A DNA stretch of 57,151 nt, taken from assembly GCA_035443705.1 (NCBI GenBank), contig DAORSV010000001.1:1-57151 (forward strand), in the 5' to 3' direction. Below, in pieces: positions 39,144-49,276 of this stretch. How positions within the stretch are numbered: position 1 is the first letter of the stretch; every line of letters begins with the position of its first letter. The DNA is from Gammaproteobacteria bacterium (GTDB lineage: Bacteria; Pseudomonadota; Gammaproteobacteria; UBA6186; Azoamicaceae). Below the pieces are notes generated by a model. That model was not told the DNA's origin and ran no database searches. It saw nothing but the letters and a program-made list of their open reading frames with translations. A program made the position numbers and the translations under genes.

Positions 39144-41234
39144 TCATTCAACTTCTTTCATACTTAAACGCACCCGACCTTGGCGATCGATTTCAAGAAC
39201 CTTAACTTTGACTGTTTGTCCTTCTTGCAGGACTTCATCCACCGTCTCAATACGGCGATCGGTAATCTGAGAAATATGCACTAACCCATCTTTACCTGGT
39301 AGAAAATTGACAAAAGCACCAAATTCGGTAATCCGAACTACTTTACCCTCGTAAATTTTTCCAACTTCTGCCTCAGCTGTAATCAAATCAATTCTGCGTC
39401 GCACTTCAGCTGCTGCCGCTTTATCCGAAGAGGCAATATGAATCGTGCCATTATCATCAATATCAACTGTTGCATCCATATCTTCCGTTAAAGAACGAAT
39501 GGTTGCGCCCCCTTTACCAATAACATCTCGGATTTTTTCAGGGTTAATTTGAAAACTAATAATTTGAGGCGCAAACGAAGACATTTCAACGCGCGGTTCA
39601 GCAAGTGCTTGATTCATCACACCTAAAATATGTAAGCGACCTTCTTTAGCTTGCTCCAAAGCCACACGCATAATTTCTTCGGTAATCCCATCAATTTTGA
39701 TATCCATTTGTAAAGCGGTAATGCCTTTGTCGGTTCCTGCAACTTTAAAATCCATATCGCCCAAGTGATCTTCATCTCCTAGAATATCGGTGATGACTTG
39801 GAATTGATCATTTTCTTTAATCAAGCCCATCGCAATACCTGCAACTGCCGATTTAATGGGCACACCTGCATCCATCAGTGCAATACTTGCGCCGCAAACA
39901 GTGGCCATAGAACTCGAACCATTCGATTCTGTAATTTCTGAAACAACTCTTAACACGTACGGAAAATCTGAATCTTTAGGCAACACGGCACGCATTGCAC
40001 GCTTAGCCAACATACCGTGTCCAATTTCACGACGTTTAGGACTACCCACCATACCTACTTCCCCTACAGAATATGGCGGAAAATTATAGTGCAGCATAAA
40101 TGCATCTTTGTATTCACCTAAAGGGCTGTCTATTAATTGCGCATCACGCCCTGCACCCAAGGTAACAACCACAATGGCTTGTGTCTCACCTCGTGTAAAT
40201 ACAACAGAACCATGTGCACGCGGTAACCAGCTCGGTTGAATGGTAATTGGACGAACCGTTTTAGTATTTCGACCATCGATTCGCGGCTGGTTTGCTAAAA
40301 TACGGCCTCGAACAATAGAACGATCAAGATTTTCAAGGATCTTTGAAATTTCTATTTTTAATTCGGGCGTTCCAGAATTGGGCGATCCGACTGAATGATT
40401 TTCGATCAGTGTATTTTTAATGGTCTTTAAACTTTGGTATCGCGCTTGTTTATCTTGAATTTGATACGCTTCTGTTAAAGCTGTTACAGAAGCTGCTTTA
40501 ATTTCATTGGCTAATTCAATATTTTCAACAGCAGGTTTCCAATCCCATGCGGGCTTACCAGCATCTGTTACCAACGATTTAATTAATTCAATGACCGGCT
40601 GAAATTGTTTATGACCAAACATCACAGCGCCTAACATAACAGACTCTGTTAATTCATGTGCTTCAGATTCGACCATCAACACGGAATGTGAAGTGCCCGC
40701 CACAACTAATTCCAATTCAGAAGATCCCAGTTGGGTTTGGGTGGGATTTAAAAGATATTGACCGTCTACATAGGCAACCCGAGCAGCACCCATAGGGCCA
40801 TTAAAGGGTAAACCAGAAAGCGCTAATGCTGCAGAAGCGCCAATCATAGCGGGAATATCGGAGTCAATTTCTGGATTTAAGGAAATAACGGTCGCCACAA
40901 TTTGAACTTCGTTCCAAAAACCTTTTGGAAATAGCGGACGAATGGGTCGATCGATTAAGCGGGAAATCAAAGTTTCGCGCTCGCTGGGTCGTCCTTCACG
41001 TTTAAAAAAACCGCCAGGAATTTTTCCAGCCGCATACGCGCGTTCCTGATAATCAACGCGAAGCGGAAAACCACTTTGCCCTACCTTAGGTTCCCGCAAA
41101 CCAACAACCGTCACCAACACGGTTGTGTCGTCTAGACTCACCACTACCGAAGCGGTTGCTTGACGCGCAATGACACCGGTCTCTATTGTTAATTGATGAT
41201 CACCAAATGGAATGGTTTTTTTAATGACGGTCAC
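39144..41234 (-). CDS. pnp: Polyribonucleotide nucleotidyltransferase (PNPase)
   Basis: 696 aa with two RNase PH domains, KH and a C-terminal S1 ([28 protein letters not shown]). GTG start. Conserved rpsO-pnp pair. Confidence 0.96.
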   Translation of the reverse strand: MTVIKKTIPFGDHQLTIETGVIARQATASVVVSLDDTTVLVTVVGLREPKVGQSGFPLRVDYQERAYAAGKIPGGFFKREGRPSERETLISRLIDRPIRPLFPKGFWNEVQIVATVISLNPEIDSDIPAMIGASAALALSGLPFNGPMGAARVAYVDGQYLLNPTQTQLGSSELELVVAGTSHSVLMVESEAHELTESVMLGAVMFGHKQFQPVIELIKSLVTDAGKPAWDWKPAVENIELANEIKAASVTALTEAYQIQDKQARYQSLKTIKNTLIENHSVGSPNSGTPELKIEISKILENLDRSIVRGRILANQPRIDGRNTKTVRPITIQPSWLPRAHGSVVFTRGETQAIVVVTLGAGRDAQLIDSPLGEYKDAFMLHYNFPPYSVGEVGMVGSPKRREIGHGMLAKRAMRAVLPKDSDFPYVLRVVSEITESNGSSSMATVCGASIALMDAGVPIKSAVAGIAMGLIKENDQFQVITDILGDEDHLGDMDFKVAGTDKGITALQMDIKIDGITEEIMRVALEQAKEGRLHILGVMNQALAEPRVEMSSFAPQIISFQINPEKIRDVIGKGGATIRSLTEDMDATVDIDDNGTIHIASSDKAAAAEVRRRIDLITAEAEVGKIYEGKVVRITEFGAFVNFLPGKDGLVHISQITDRRIETVDEVLQEGQTVKVKVLEIDRQGRVRLSMKEVE

Positions 41235-41269
41235 GTTTAATCCTTATGAGAATATTGAATAAAGCCCTC

Positions 41270-41324
41270 ACTCCACCTTAGCAAATGCCCCCTTCACAGA
41301 GGGAGTTGAGGAGGCATGTGGAGT
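41270..41324 (-). promoter_or_regulatory. Long imperfect hairpin in the rpsO-pnp intergenic region (rpsO terminator / pnp leader processing stem candidate)
   Basis: On the minus strand ACTCCAC/GTGGAGT, ATGCC/GGCAT and CCCT/AGGG pair around a small loop. It sits between the rpsO stop (41327) and the pnp start (41234). Confidence 0.45.
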
Positions 41325-41326
41325 AA

Positions 41327-41596
41327 TTAACCTCGAAGACTTAAATCTTGAACAATTTTAGTATAGCGCGGCAGATTTTCGCTCTTCAAGTAAGCCATTA
41401 ACTTACGACGCCGATTAACCATTGCAATAAGCCCACGGCGAGAATGAAAGTCTTTTTTATGAATTTTAAGATGTTCCGTTAATTCTGTAATACGGGTGCT
41501 TAACAAAGCAATCTGAACCTCAGGGGATCCGGTATCTGCTGTTGCACGTCGAAATTTTTCAATAATCGCGCTCTTTGCGTTGCTGGTTGTTGACAT
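41327..41596 (-). CDS. rpsO: 30S ribosomal protein S15
   Basis: 89 aa with [18 protein letters not shown], typical of S15. Confidence 0.96.
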   Translation of the reverse strand: MSTTSNAKSAIIEKFRRATADTGSPEVQIALLSTRITELTEHLKIHKKDFHSRRGLIAMVNRRRKLMAYLKSENLPRYTKIVQDLSLRG

Positions 41597-41651
41597 TCAA
41601 TTTTCTCCTAATATTGAGCTTCAAATGGGGTTCAGTTTACCTGATCTTCCC

Positions 41652-42605
41652 CTATAAAGAAACCATTTCTTGAGTTAGGCGTCGAGGCGCCACTCGCCCG
41701 TCTTCCAATATCTCCCCAACGCCTAAAAATCGACCATTCTGAGAGCTAAAGCGTACCCAACCAGATGTTGGAGCATAGGGGATCTGGACAGGTTGACCTT
41801 GTCGTAGATAATAACTTGTCGCCTCAGAAACGCGTAGATCAGGCATAAAAGCAACAGAAGTATCGACAGGTAATAGATAACTTTCTAACTTTTCAATACC
41901 TTCTTGCTCTAAAATATGTTCCAAGATTTCAAAAGAAAGCATCTGTTCCGCCGTATAAGGACCTGATCCTAATCGCCTTAATTCCACCACATGTGCACCA
42001 CAGCCCAATGCCTCACCGATATCTTCTACAAGCGTTCTTACGTACGTCCCTTTAGTCGCACGTATCTCTAAACGCATCGTATTATTTTTGAGTTCTAAAA
42101 CTTTAAGCTCCTTAATCGTGAGTTCGCGTGCTTCTCTCTCAATCACGATTCCTTGACGCGCCAGTTTATATAAAGGTTGACCTTGATGTTTAATGGCCGA
42201 AAACATCGAAGGAATCTGCGAAATACGGCCTCTAAAACGATCCAAAATGGTTTCAATATCGACGCTATTTAAATCTGGAACAGGACGTTCGCTAACAACA
42301 TTACCTTCTATATCCCCCGTATCGGTTCGTATACCCAATACTGCGGTCGTTTGGTAATGTTTATCTGCTTCTAATAGAAACTGCGAAAATTTTGTGGCTT
42401 CTCCGAAACAAATCGGTAAAAGACCACTGGCAACGGGATCTAAACTACCCGTATGACCCGCTTTTTTCGCTTTAAACAAGCGTTTTACTATTTGTAATGC
42501 AGCGTTAGAGGAGATCCCTTTGGGTTTATCTAACAACAAAATACCCTGAACTTCTCGCCGATTTACATTACGAAACACTGGCAACAGACTCCAAAATTTG
42601 CGCAA
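41652..42605 (-). CDS. truB: tRNA pseudouridine(55) synthase TruB
   Basis: GILLLDKPKGISSN and the catalytic GHTGSLDP. The track start is TTG at 42605, overlapping rbfA by 38 nt, so the exact start is uncertain. Confidence 0.92.
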   Translation of the reverse strand: MRKFWSLLPVFRNVNRREVQGILLLDKPKGISSNAALQIVKRLFKAKKAGHTGSLDPVASGLLPICFGEATKFSQFLLEADKHYQTTAVLGIRTDTGDIEGNVVSERPVPDLNSVDIETILDRFRGRISQIPSMFSAIKHQGQPLYKLARQGIVIEREARELTIKELKVLELKNNTMRLEIRATKGTYVRTLVEDIGEALGCGAHVVELRRLGSGPYTAEQMLSFEILEHILEQEGIEKLESYLLPVDTSVAFMPDLRVSEATSYYLRQGQPVQIPYAPTSGWVRFSSQNGRFLGVGEILEDGRVAPRRLTQEMVSL

Positions 42606-42918
42606 TGCGATTTCCGCGAATCACCGAATCATCAAAAATAAAACGAGGATTTGGAACGACGCGAAGTTGAATGTTATTGGCGATTTGTGCTCTAAAAAAT
42701 CCCGTGGCTTTATTTAAAACCTTGATTGTTTCGGAGACTTTATCTTCTTCCAAAACCGACACATAAATCTTGGCATGCTTTAGATCGGGCGTCATTTCGA
42801 CATTTAATACGGTAATCATCCCCACGCGCGGATCTTTAAATTCTCCGCGAATCACACGCGCCAAGCATTGATGCACCGCATCTGCAACACGTTGAGATCG
42901 GCTAAAATTTTTAGGCAT
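42568..42918 (-). CDS. rbfA: Ribosome-binding factor A
   Basis: 116 aa with SQRVADAVHQCLARVI...DPRVGMITV. The ATG overlaps the infB stop by 1 nt (TAATG). Confidence 0.93.
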   Translation of the reverse strand: MPKNFSRSQRVADAVHQCLARVIRGEFKDPRVGMITVLNVEMTPDLKHAKIYVSVLEEDKVSETIKVLNKATGFFRAQIANNIQLRVVPNPRFIFDDSVIRGNRIAQILESVASVS

Positions 42919-45362
42919 TAAACAGTCGTCCTTGCAACAACGACTGTTTCAAAGACTTCAATATTATCGCCTTCTTTAACATCATTATAATTTTTAACCC
43001 CAATACCACATTCCGTGCCATTTCGAACCTCAGAAACATCCTCTTTAAAACGGCGTAAAGACTCAAGCTCACCTTGATAAATCACAATGTTATTTCTTAA
43101 AACACGGATCGGACACCCACGTTTAACCACACCCTCAATAACCATACAACCCGCAACAGCACCCAGTTTTGCAGAACGAAAAACGCTTCGAACGGAAGCC
43201 AGTCCCAGAATATTTTCTTTAAACTGTGGACCTAGCAACCCATTAATTGCACGTTTAATATTATCAACGACATCATAAATAATACCGCTATAATATACAT
43301 CGACACCTTCTTTTTCCATCAACCTTCGCGCAGAAACATCGGCACGCACGTTAAATCCGATAAGCACTGCTTTGGATGCCATGGCTAAAGAGACGTCCGA
43401 TTCATTAATACCACCAACACCCGAAGCAACGATTTTAATTTTAACTTCATCCGTGGACAACCCTTCTAAGGCTTCCATTAAAGCTTCGGCTGAACCATGA
43501 ACATCGGATTTTAATACGATATTTAAGATTTTCGATTCGCCTTGTTTCATGCGATCGAAAAAGCCTTCTAGTTTAGTGGCTTGTTGTCTTAACATACGCG
43601 CTTCACGCTGTTTAATTTGTCTAAACGTCGCGACTTCTTTCGCTTTACGTTCATCGACAACAACCATAAATATATCGCCCGCCTGTGGCGTACCCGACAA
43701 ACCTAATACCTCAATAGGCATTGCAGGACCAATAGTGGTAATTTGCTCGCCTAATTCATTTGTGATCGCACGAATTCGACCATATTCTGATCCTGCTAGC
43801 AATATATCGCCTTGTTTTAAAGTACCGCTTTGTACGAGCAGAGAGGCAATAGGACCTCGACCCTTATCTAAACGCGCTTCTAAGACAACACCCGTTGCCT
43901 TGCCTGCAACCGGCGCTTTTAATTCCAGCATTTCGGCTTGTAAACCCAGAGCTTCTAATAACGCATCAACGCCAGTTCCTTCTTTAGCAGAAACCGGAAT
44001 AATCATCACATCACCGCCCCAGGTTTCTGGAACCAAGCCATGCGTCACTAATTCATTTTGAATACGATCGAGATCGGCATCTTTTTTATCAATTTTATTA
44101 ATCGCAACAACGATAGGAACACTTGCTGCTTTTGCATGTTGAATTGCTTCAATCGTTTGTGGCATCACACCATCGTCTGCAGCAACAACGAGCACCACGA
44201 TATCGGTACATTGCACGCCTCGCGCACGCATTGCGGTAAAGGCAGCATGGCCTGGGGTATCTAAAAAGGTAATGTCACCGCGTTTAGTTCTCACATGATA
44301 CGCGCCAATATGCTGCGTAATACCGCCTGCTTCTTTAGCCGCTACTTTAGTGGTACGAATATAATCTAACAGCGATGTTTTGCCGTGATCAACATGTCCC
44401 ATCACCGTTACAATAGCCGCACGCGGCATTAATTCCCGAGACTCTGTAACCTGCAAAGATTCTTCAACCGTAATATCATTCACGCGCTTGGCAGTATGTC
44501 CCATTTCTTCAACCACAATAACAGCCGTATCTTGATCAATAGGTTGATTAATTGTGGCAATCGTTCCTAATTTCATTAATGTTTTGATGAGATCGCCTGC
44601 CTTTGCAGACATTTTTTGCGCCAATTCCGCAACCGTAACAGTTTCGGGAATTAACACGGCGCGAACGATAGGACCTACCGGTTTTTCGAAGCTATGTTTC
44701 TTTTGAATTTCTTCAACAATGCCCCTCAACTCTCGCTTACTGCCTCTGGCAGCTGCATTTTTATTCAATTTAGTTTTACGCCAGACAGGACGTTCGACGA
44801 CAGGTTCTCCCTCTATTTCGTCCACTTCTTCTGTTACGATCTCTTCTAATACTTTGACGATATTTCCCTTATGCCACTCTTCGGGTTCACTGCGAATTTT
44901 AGATTTAGAACGCGTACGTTTTTTCTCTTCATCACTCAATAACTCTTTTGCACTGCGGCCTTTTTTAGGCACCCCATGCCCTTCGCTTACACTCTGCGCG
45001 TTAACAAGCTCTGGAGGTGAAGCAAGAGAGGCGTCAGCAGATATGTCAGCTGAAATGCCTGATGCAACGTCGCTTTCAGCCACAAGCGCTTCAGGCGTCT
45101 CAGAAACTATTTTTTCCGATAATTCTTCTGGGGGTGCAGCACTCTCCGAGGCGATATTCAAAGTCTCTTGTTGTTGTAAAGAAACTTCTTCTGTTTCCGC
45201 ACTTGCATCTTTTTTAACATAGACATGACGTCTTTTATGTACAACACTAACGGTACCCTTGCGACCCGATCGCTGTACGGTAATTACTTCCGAACTCTGA
45301 CGTTTTAAAGTAATTCTTTTAGGTTTGTCAGCCTCTTGATCAACTGTTTCGCCTGGTCCCAT
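42918..45362 (-). CDS. infB: Translation initiation factor IF-2
   Basis: G-domain motifs [20 protein letters not shown] and NKIDK. I prefer ATG 45362 (MGPGETV), which has GGAGGG 7 nt upstream, over the track's TTG at 45377, which abuts the nusA stop. Confidence 0.95.
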   Translation of the reverse strand: MGPGETVDQEADKPKRITLKRQSSEVITVQRSGRKGTVSVVHKRRHVYVKKDASAETEEVSLQQQETLNIASESAAPPEELSEKIVSETPEALVAESDVASGISADISADASLASPPELVNAQSVSEGHGVPKKGRSAKELLSDEEKKRTRSKSKIRSEPEEWHKGNIVKVLEEIVTEEVDEIEGEPVVERPVWRKTKLNKNAAARGSKRELRGIVEEIQKKHSFEKPVGPIVRAVLIPETVTVAELAQKMSAKAGDLIKTLMKLGTIATINQPIDQDTAVIVVEEMGHTAKRVNDITVEESLQVTESRELMPRAAIVTVMGHVDHGKTSLLDYIRTTKVAAKEAGGITQHIGAYHVRTKRGDITFLDTPGHAAFTAMRARGVQCTDIVVLVVAADDGVMPQTIEAIQHAKAASVPIVVAINKIDKKDADLDRIQNELVTHGLVPETWGGDVMIIPVSAKEGTGVDALLEALGLQAEMLELKAPVAGKATGVVLEARLDKGRGPIASLLVQSGTLKQGDILLAGSEYGRIRAITNELGEQITTIGPAMPIEVLGLSGTPQAGDIFMVVVDERKAKEVATFRQIKQREARMLRQQATKLEGFFDRMKQGESKILNIVLKSDVHGSAEALMEALEGLSTDEVKIKIVASGVGGINESDVSLAMASKAVLIGFNVRADVSARRLMEKEGVDVYYSGIIYDVVDNIKRAINGLLGPQFKENILGLASVRSVFRSAKLGAVAGCMVIEGVVKRGCPIRVLRNNIVIYQGELESLRRFKEDVSEVRNGTECGIGVKNYNDVKEGDNIEVFETVVVARTTV

Positions 45363-45377
45363 GGACCTACCCTCCAA

Positions 45378-46898
45378 TCATACAAACCAATGTGCGCGTG
45401 CTGCCATAATGAGCTCAGCAGCTTTAGATTTATCCAAATCTGGCACATCGGCCAGATCGTCTACCGCGAGTTCTGCTAAATCATCACGTGTCATTATCCC
45501 ACGGTTTGCTAAAACAAAAGCTAATTCCTTGTCCATACCGGGAAGTGAAAGCAAATCTTCGGCGGGTGTTTTTTCAATTAACTTTTCTTCCGCCGGTACC
45601 GCTTGCGTTAACAACGCTTGCTTTGCACGAGTACGCAACTCGTTAACAATCTCTTCATCAAAGCCTTCCACCCCTAATAATTCTTGTATAGGCACATACG
45701 CAATCTCTTCGAGACTCGTAAATCCTTCTTCAATTAATACTTCTGCAACATCATTTTCAACATGTAGATGTTCCGTAAAAACATTGACTAACCGCTCTTG
45801 ATCCGCGGTTGTTCTCTCTTTGGCTTCTTTGTCGGTAATCACATTTAATGTCCAACCGGTAAGCTGGCTCGCCAATCGCACATTTTGTCCACTGCGTCCA
45901 ATTGCTTGCGATAAATGATCCTCTGTAACAGCCACATCCATCGATTGCGCGTCTTCGTCTACAACAATAGAAACAATTTCAGCGGGTGCCATTGCATTCA
46001 TAACAAACTGCGCAGGACTGTCGTCCCATAACACAATATCAACGCGCTCACCGCCCAATTCATTTGAGACAGCCTGCACACGTGCACCACGCATCCCGAC
46101 ACAAGCACCAACAGGATCAATACGCCCATCATTGGTTTTAACGGCAATCTTCGCACGAATACCCGGATCACGTGCAGCGCTTTTAATTTCGATAATACCT
46201 TCTCCAACTTCCGGTACTTCGAGCTTGAAGAGCTCTATCAGCATCTCATTACAGGTACGACTTAAGATTAATTGCGGGCCACGTGCTTCTGTCACAACAT
46301 CGACTAAATAAACGCGCAATCTATCACCTGGCCGAACGGCTTCTCGAGGTAACATATGCTCTTTGGATAAAAAGGCTTCTACGTTGGCACCTAATTTCGC
46401 ATTGCCACCCAACTCCAAAATAATGGCTTCTCGGCTCGTCTTTTTAACAACACCGATGACAATCTCACCAATTTTTTTACGAAATTCATCTGCAACATTT
46501 TCGTGTTCTGCTTCACGCACTTTTTTCAAAATAACTTGTTTAGCGGCTTGCGCTGCGATACGTCCAAATTCCACGGATTCAATAAGGAATTCGATGACAT
46601 CGCCCGCTTTAGCTGTCTTAGAATGTTTTAAGGCTTCTGAAAGCGGCATTTCTCGCAAGGGGAATTCTATCTCGGGCTGTTCCGTGTTAGGCTCGTCGAC
46701 GACTGTCCAAACACGAAAGGTGTCATATTGACCCGTTTTACGATTGATGCTAACGCGTACATCCGAGTCTACGCCTTCCTTTTTTTTGGTCGCAGAAACC
46801 AATGCAGCCTCAATCGCCTGAAATATTATCTCTTCAGAAACTCCCTTTTCATTAGAAAGGGTTTCTACAACCAATTTTAGCGGAATCTCTTTGCTCAT
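45378..46898 (-). CDS. nusA: Transcription termination/antitermination factor NusA
   Basis: 506 aa with the N-terminal domain ([25 protein letters not shown]), S1, two KH domains and C-terminal acidic repeats. Confidence 0.96.
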   Translation of the reverse strand: MSKEIPLKLVVETLSNEKGVSEEIIFQAIEAALVSATKKKEGVDSDVRVSINRKTGQYDTFRVWTVVDEPNTEQPEIEFPLREMPLSEALKHSKTAKAGDVIEFLIESVEFGRIAAQAAKQVILKKVREAEHENVADEFRKKIGEIVIGVVKKTSREAIILELGGNAKLGANVEAFLSKEHMLPREAVRPGDRLRVYLVDVVTEARGPQLILSRTCNEMLIELFKLEVPEVGEGIIEIKSAARDPGIRAKIAVKTNDGRIDPVGACVGMRGARVQAVSNELGGERVDIVLWDDSPAQFVMNAMAPAEIVSIVVDEDAQSMDVAVTEDHLSQAIGRSGQNVRLASQLTGWTLNVITDKEAKERTTADQERLVNVFTEHLHVENDVAEVLIEEGFTSLEEIAYVPIQELLGVEGFDEEIVNELRTRAKQALLTQAVPAEEKLIEKTPAEDLLSLPGMDKELAFVLANRGIMTRDDLAELAVDDLADVPDLDKSKAAELIMAARAHWFV

Positions 46899-46931
46899 AT
46901 AAAAGCCTCACACTGTCTATCGTCTGCCCTA

Positions 46932-47390
46932 TCACACGGACCACACTGGCACCAATCGCATTTCACTCATCTCATCAAAGGAAAAGCTTAAGTCTCCCGA
47001 CTCCGTTAGAAGAGAAATCAAAGATCCTTCCACACGTTCTAACCTGCCCTTAAAATTTCGCGCGCCTGCCTTTGGTGCGACCAACTGAACGGATACTATT
47101 TTGCCAATCTGCTCATGACACTGTTCCAGTGAAAACAACAATCGATCCAAGCCTGGTGAAGACACTTCCAAGGTGTACTCGCCTGTAATCGGTTTCTCTA
47201 CACTGAGAACCGTATCCACTTGCCGACTAACGCGTCCGCAATCTTCCACGCTAAGCCCACCTGGCTTGTCTATAAACAATCGCAATACCGATCGCTTTCC
47301 TTGCGGAAAGTACTGAAGACCTACCCAGGTAAGCCCCAAACTACCCACAATGGGTGCAATCAGGTTTTCTAAGGCCGCGTGTCGTCTCAT
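46932..47390 (-). CDS. rimP: Ribosome maturation factor RimP
   Basis: 152 aa with the LEVSSPGLDR motif. The position between the initiator tRNA and nusA is conserved. Confidence 0.92.
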   Translation of the reverse strand: MRRHAALENLIAPIVGSLGLTWVGLQYFPQGKRSVLRLFIDKPGGLSVEDCGRVSRQVDTVLSVEKPITGEYTLEVSSPGLDRLLFSLEQCHEQIGKIVSVQLVAPKAGARNFKGRLERVEGSLISLLTESGDLSFSFDEMSEMRLVPVWSV

Positions 47391-47408
47391 AATCCCACTT
47401 CAACAAAC

Positions 47409-47429
47409 AAAAAATGGGCTCTAAGCCCA
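47409..47429 (-). terminator. Intrinsic-terminator-like hairpin (second of two between the tRNA and rimP)
   Basis: Minus strand: TGGGCT-tag-AGCCCA stem-loop followed by TTTTTT. Confidence 0.45.
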
Positions 47430-47447
47430 CTTTCAAACTCTTTAATC

Positions 47448-47470
47448 AATAAAAAGCCCCATACGGGGCC
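47448..47470 (-). terminator. Intrinsic-terminator-like hairpin immediately downstream of tRNA-fMet
   Basis: Minus strand: GCCCC-gtat-GGGGC followed by TTTTTATT, about 20 nt after the tRNA 3' end. Confidence 0.55.
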
Positions 47471-47488
47471 TCTTATTCATTTTAATTC

Positions 47489-47565
<77 letters not shown>

Positions 47566-47578
47566 TCAACTAGTAGAT

Positions 47579-47607
47579 ATACTACCTACTTAGAGCAGCG
47601 ATTGCAA
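47579..47607 (-). promoter_or_regulatory. Putative sigma70 promoter for metY (and the downstream operon)
   Basis: Minus strand: TTGCAA (47607-47602), 17-nt spacer, TAGTAT (47584-47579). This would start transcription about 7 nt before the mature tRNA 5' end. Confidence 0.5.
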
Positions 47608-47808
47608 GCAGAATTATCAGCCATGAGACTTGTGGTCGCCGCCATAGCCTATTTGGCTACGACGGTTTTGCAGGCGCACCCGTGCTCGGCGCCACGGCTT
47701 TGATCCTGTCGTTCCTTTGTTTAACCACATTTGTCTATTGATTATAAAAGCTTGCACCAAATCACTTATTTATCGTTTTAGTGCAAGATATCTGAATAAG
47801 CTTATCAA

Positions 47809-49257
47809 CTAAAATAGTGGCTTGGGTAACACAGACAAACACAAGTTGAACAAGGGCGCAGGAAAGATCCCTAAGACTAAAATGGCTAAACCATTAAACG
47901 ACAAGGCCACAAGAGGCAACACAGAAACAGGTTGCAAAAAATTATTGCCTTCTGGCGCATCAAAAAACATCACCCGGATCACGCGTAAATAATAATAAGC
48001 ACCAACAACAGTTAACAGCACGGCAAATACTGCGAGCCACACATACCCTGCATTCACCAACGCATTTAACACCAATAATTTTGCATAGAAGCCGGCAAAG
48101 GGCGGGATCCCCGCAAGTGAAAAAAGTACCATCATCATCAAAAATGCTAGCCAAGGATTTCTAACTCCTAACCCACGAAAATCGGCAATATTTTCTGCCT
48201 CAAACCCCTGAGCACTCAAAACCGTCATAATACCAAAAGCACCTAAGGCCATTAGCACATAAATCATCACGTAATCTAAGGCTGCGGCAAATCCCGATGC
48301 TGGCCCTGCCAAAAGTCCTAAAAATAAAAATCCAACATGTGCAATCGTCGAATACGCCAACATGCGTTTTAAATTCGTTTGAGCAATCGCAACCACATTC
48401 CCTATTGTTAACGACAAAACCGACATAACCACGAGTATCGGCTGCCAATAAAGCGCCAATGACATAAACGTATCTATTAATAATCGAATCGCAAATCCAA
48501 AAGCCGCCAATTTTGGTAATGTGCCAATAAACAGCGTAACCGACAACGGCGCACCCTGATAGACATCAGGCAACCAAAGATGAAAAGGCACAGCTCCAAA
48601 CTTAAAAGCCAATCCCACTAATACAAACACTAAACCAAATAGCAAAGCAGGATGAGGATGCTGCATTTGCTCTGCCAACACACTCGCTATCTCCTGCAAT
48701 TGAAAGCTGCCGGTTACGCCATAAAGCAAAGAGATGCCATACAATAACAAACCCGATGCCAAAGCGCCCATAACGAAATATTTCATGGCCGCTTCTGGCG
48801 CAATGCCGTCCTTTTTAAGAATGGGGATCAACGCATACAAAGGCAAAGCGAAAAGTTCAATACCGAGATAGAGCGTTAAAAAACTGCGCGCAGAAATCAA
48901 AACCATCATCCCAAAAATCGAAAAAAGACACAGCACAAAATATTCACTTTTGTAGGTAGGACTTCCAAATACAAATTGTCTAGAATATAAAAATACAAAA
49001 AAACCAACCAATGCAATGCTAAATTTCAATGCATTCGCAATATCATCGACAACGAACATCTGGTTAAATAAGGTTTTTGGCGCCTCACCTATCAAATTTG
49101 CTGTAAAAAATAAAACACCAATTAACGCAACTTGTGTCAAAAAATAGACAGTTGTTTTTGACCCTCGAGAAATAAACAAATCGACTAATAAAATTAAAAT
49201 ACTCATAGCAAGCAGCCATATTTCTGCCAGTACATTCGTCAATTCTGAAAGCTGCAT
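47809..49257 (-). CDS. nuoN: NADH-quinone oxidoreductase subunit N
   Basis: Polytopic antiporter-like subunit at the last position of the nuo operon. I prefer the start at ATG 49257 (MQLSELTNV), preceded by AAGGAAGGG. The track start at 49326 overlaps nuoM by 50 nt. Confidence 0.93.
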   Translation of the reverse strand: MQLSELTNVLAEIWLLAMSILILLVDLFISRGSKTTVYFLTQVALIGVLFFTANLIGEAPKTLFNQMFVVDDIANALKFSIALVGFFVFLYSRQFVFGSPTYKSEYFVLCLFSIFGMMVLISARSFLTLYLGIELFALPLYALIPILKKDGIAPEAAMKYFVMGALASGLLLYGISLLYGVTGSFQLQEIASVLAEQMQHPHPALLFGLVFVLVGLAFKFGAVPFHLWLPDVYQGAPLSVTLFIGTLPKLAAFGFAIRLLIDTFMSLALYWQPILVVMSVLSLTIGNVVAIAQTNLKRMLAYSTIAHVGFLFLGLLAGPASGFAAALDYVMIYVLMALGAFGIMTVLSAQGFEAENIADFRGLGVRNPWLAFLMMMVLFSLAGIPPFAGFYAKLLVLNALVNAGYVWLAVFAVLLTVVGAYYYLRVIRVMFFDAPEGNNFLQPVSVLPLVALSFNGLAILVLGIFPAPLFNLCLSVLPKPLF

Positions 49258-49276
49258 CACCCCACCCTTCCTTTTT

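Noticed and set aside
43549-45801. Long antisense ORFs inside infB and nusA (43549-44061, 44719-45222, 45361-45801), and similar antisense or out-of-frame ORFs elsewhere inside annotated genes (for example 1097-1402, 1922-2302, 34893-35330, 37205-37561, 49701-50117, 53436-53714, 55371-55739)
   Set aside because: They lie entirely within, and in most cases opposite, strongly supported conserved genes. They have Ser/Pro/Ala/Arg-rich low-complexity translations typical of shadow frames, and they lack ribosome-binding sites.
47622-47702. 26-codon hydrophobic ORF (MRLVVAAIAYLATTVLQAHPCSAPRL) in the GC-rich spacer, as a possible small toxin or membrane peptide
   Set aside because: It has no Shine-Dalgarno sequence and no promoter, and it is too short to support from sequence alone. 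The region is kept only as an unexplained GC-rich island.
47730-47808. Possible terminator after nuoN (CTTGCAC...GTGCAAG followed by CTTTTAT)
   Set aside because: The 23-nt loop and the interrupted T-tract make it unconvincing as an intrinsic terminator.
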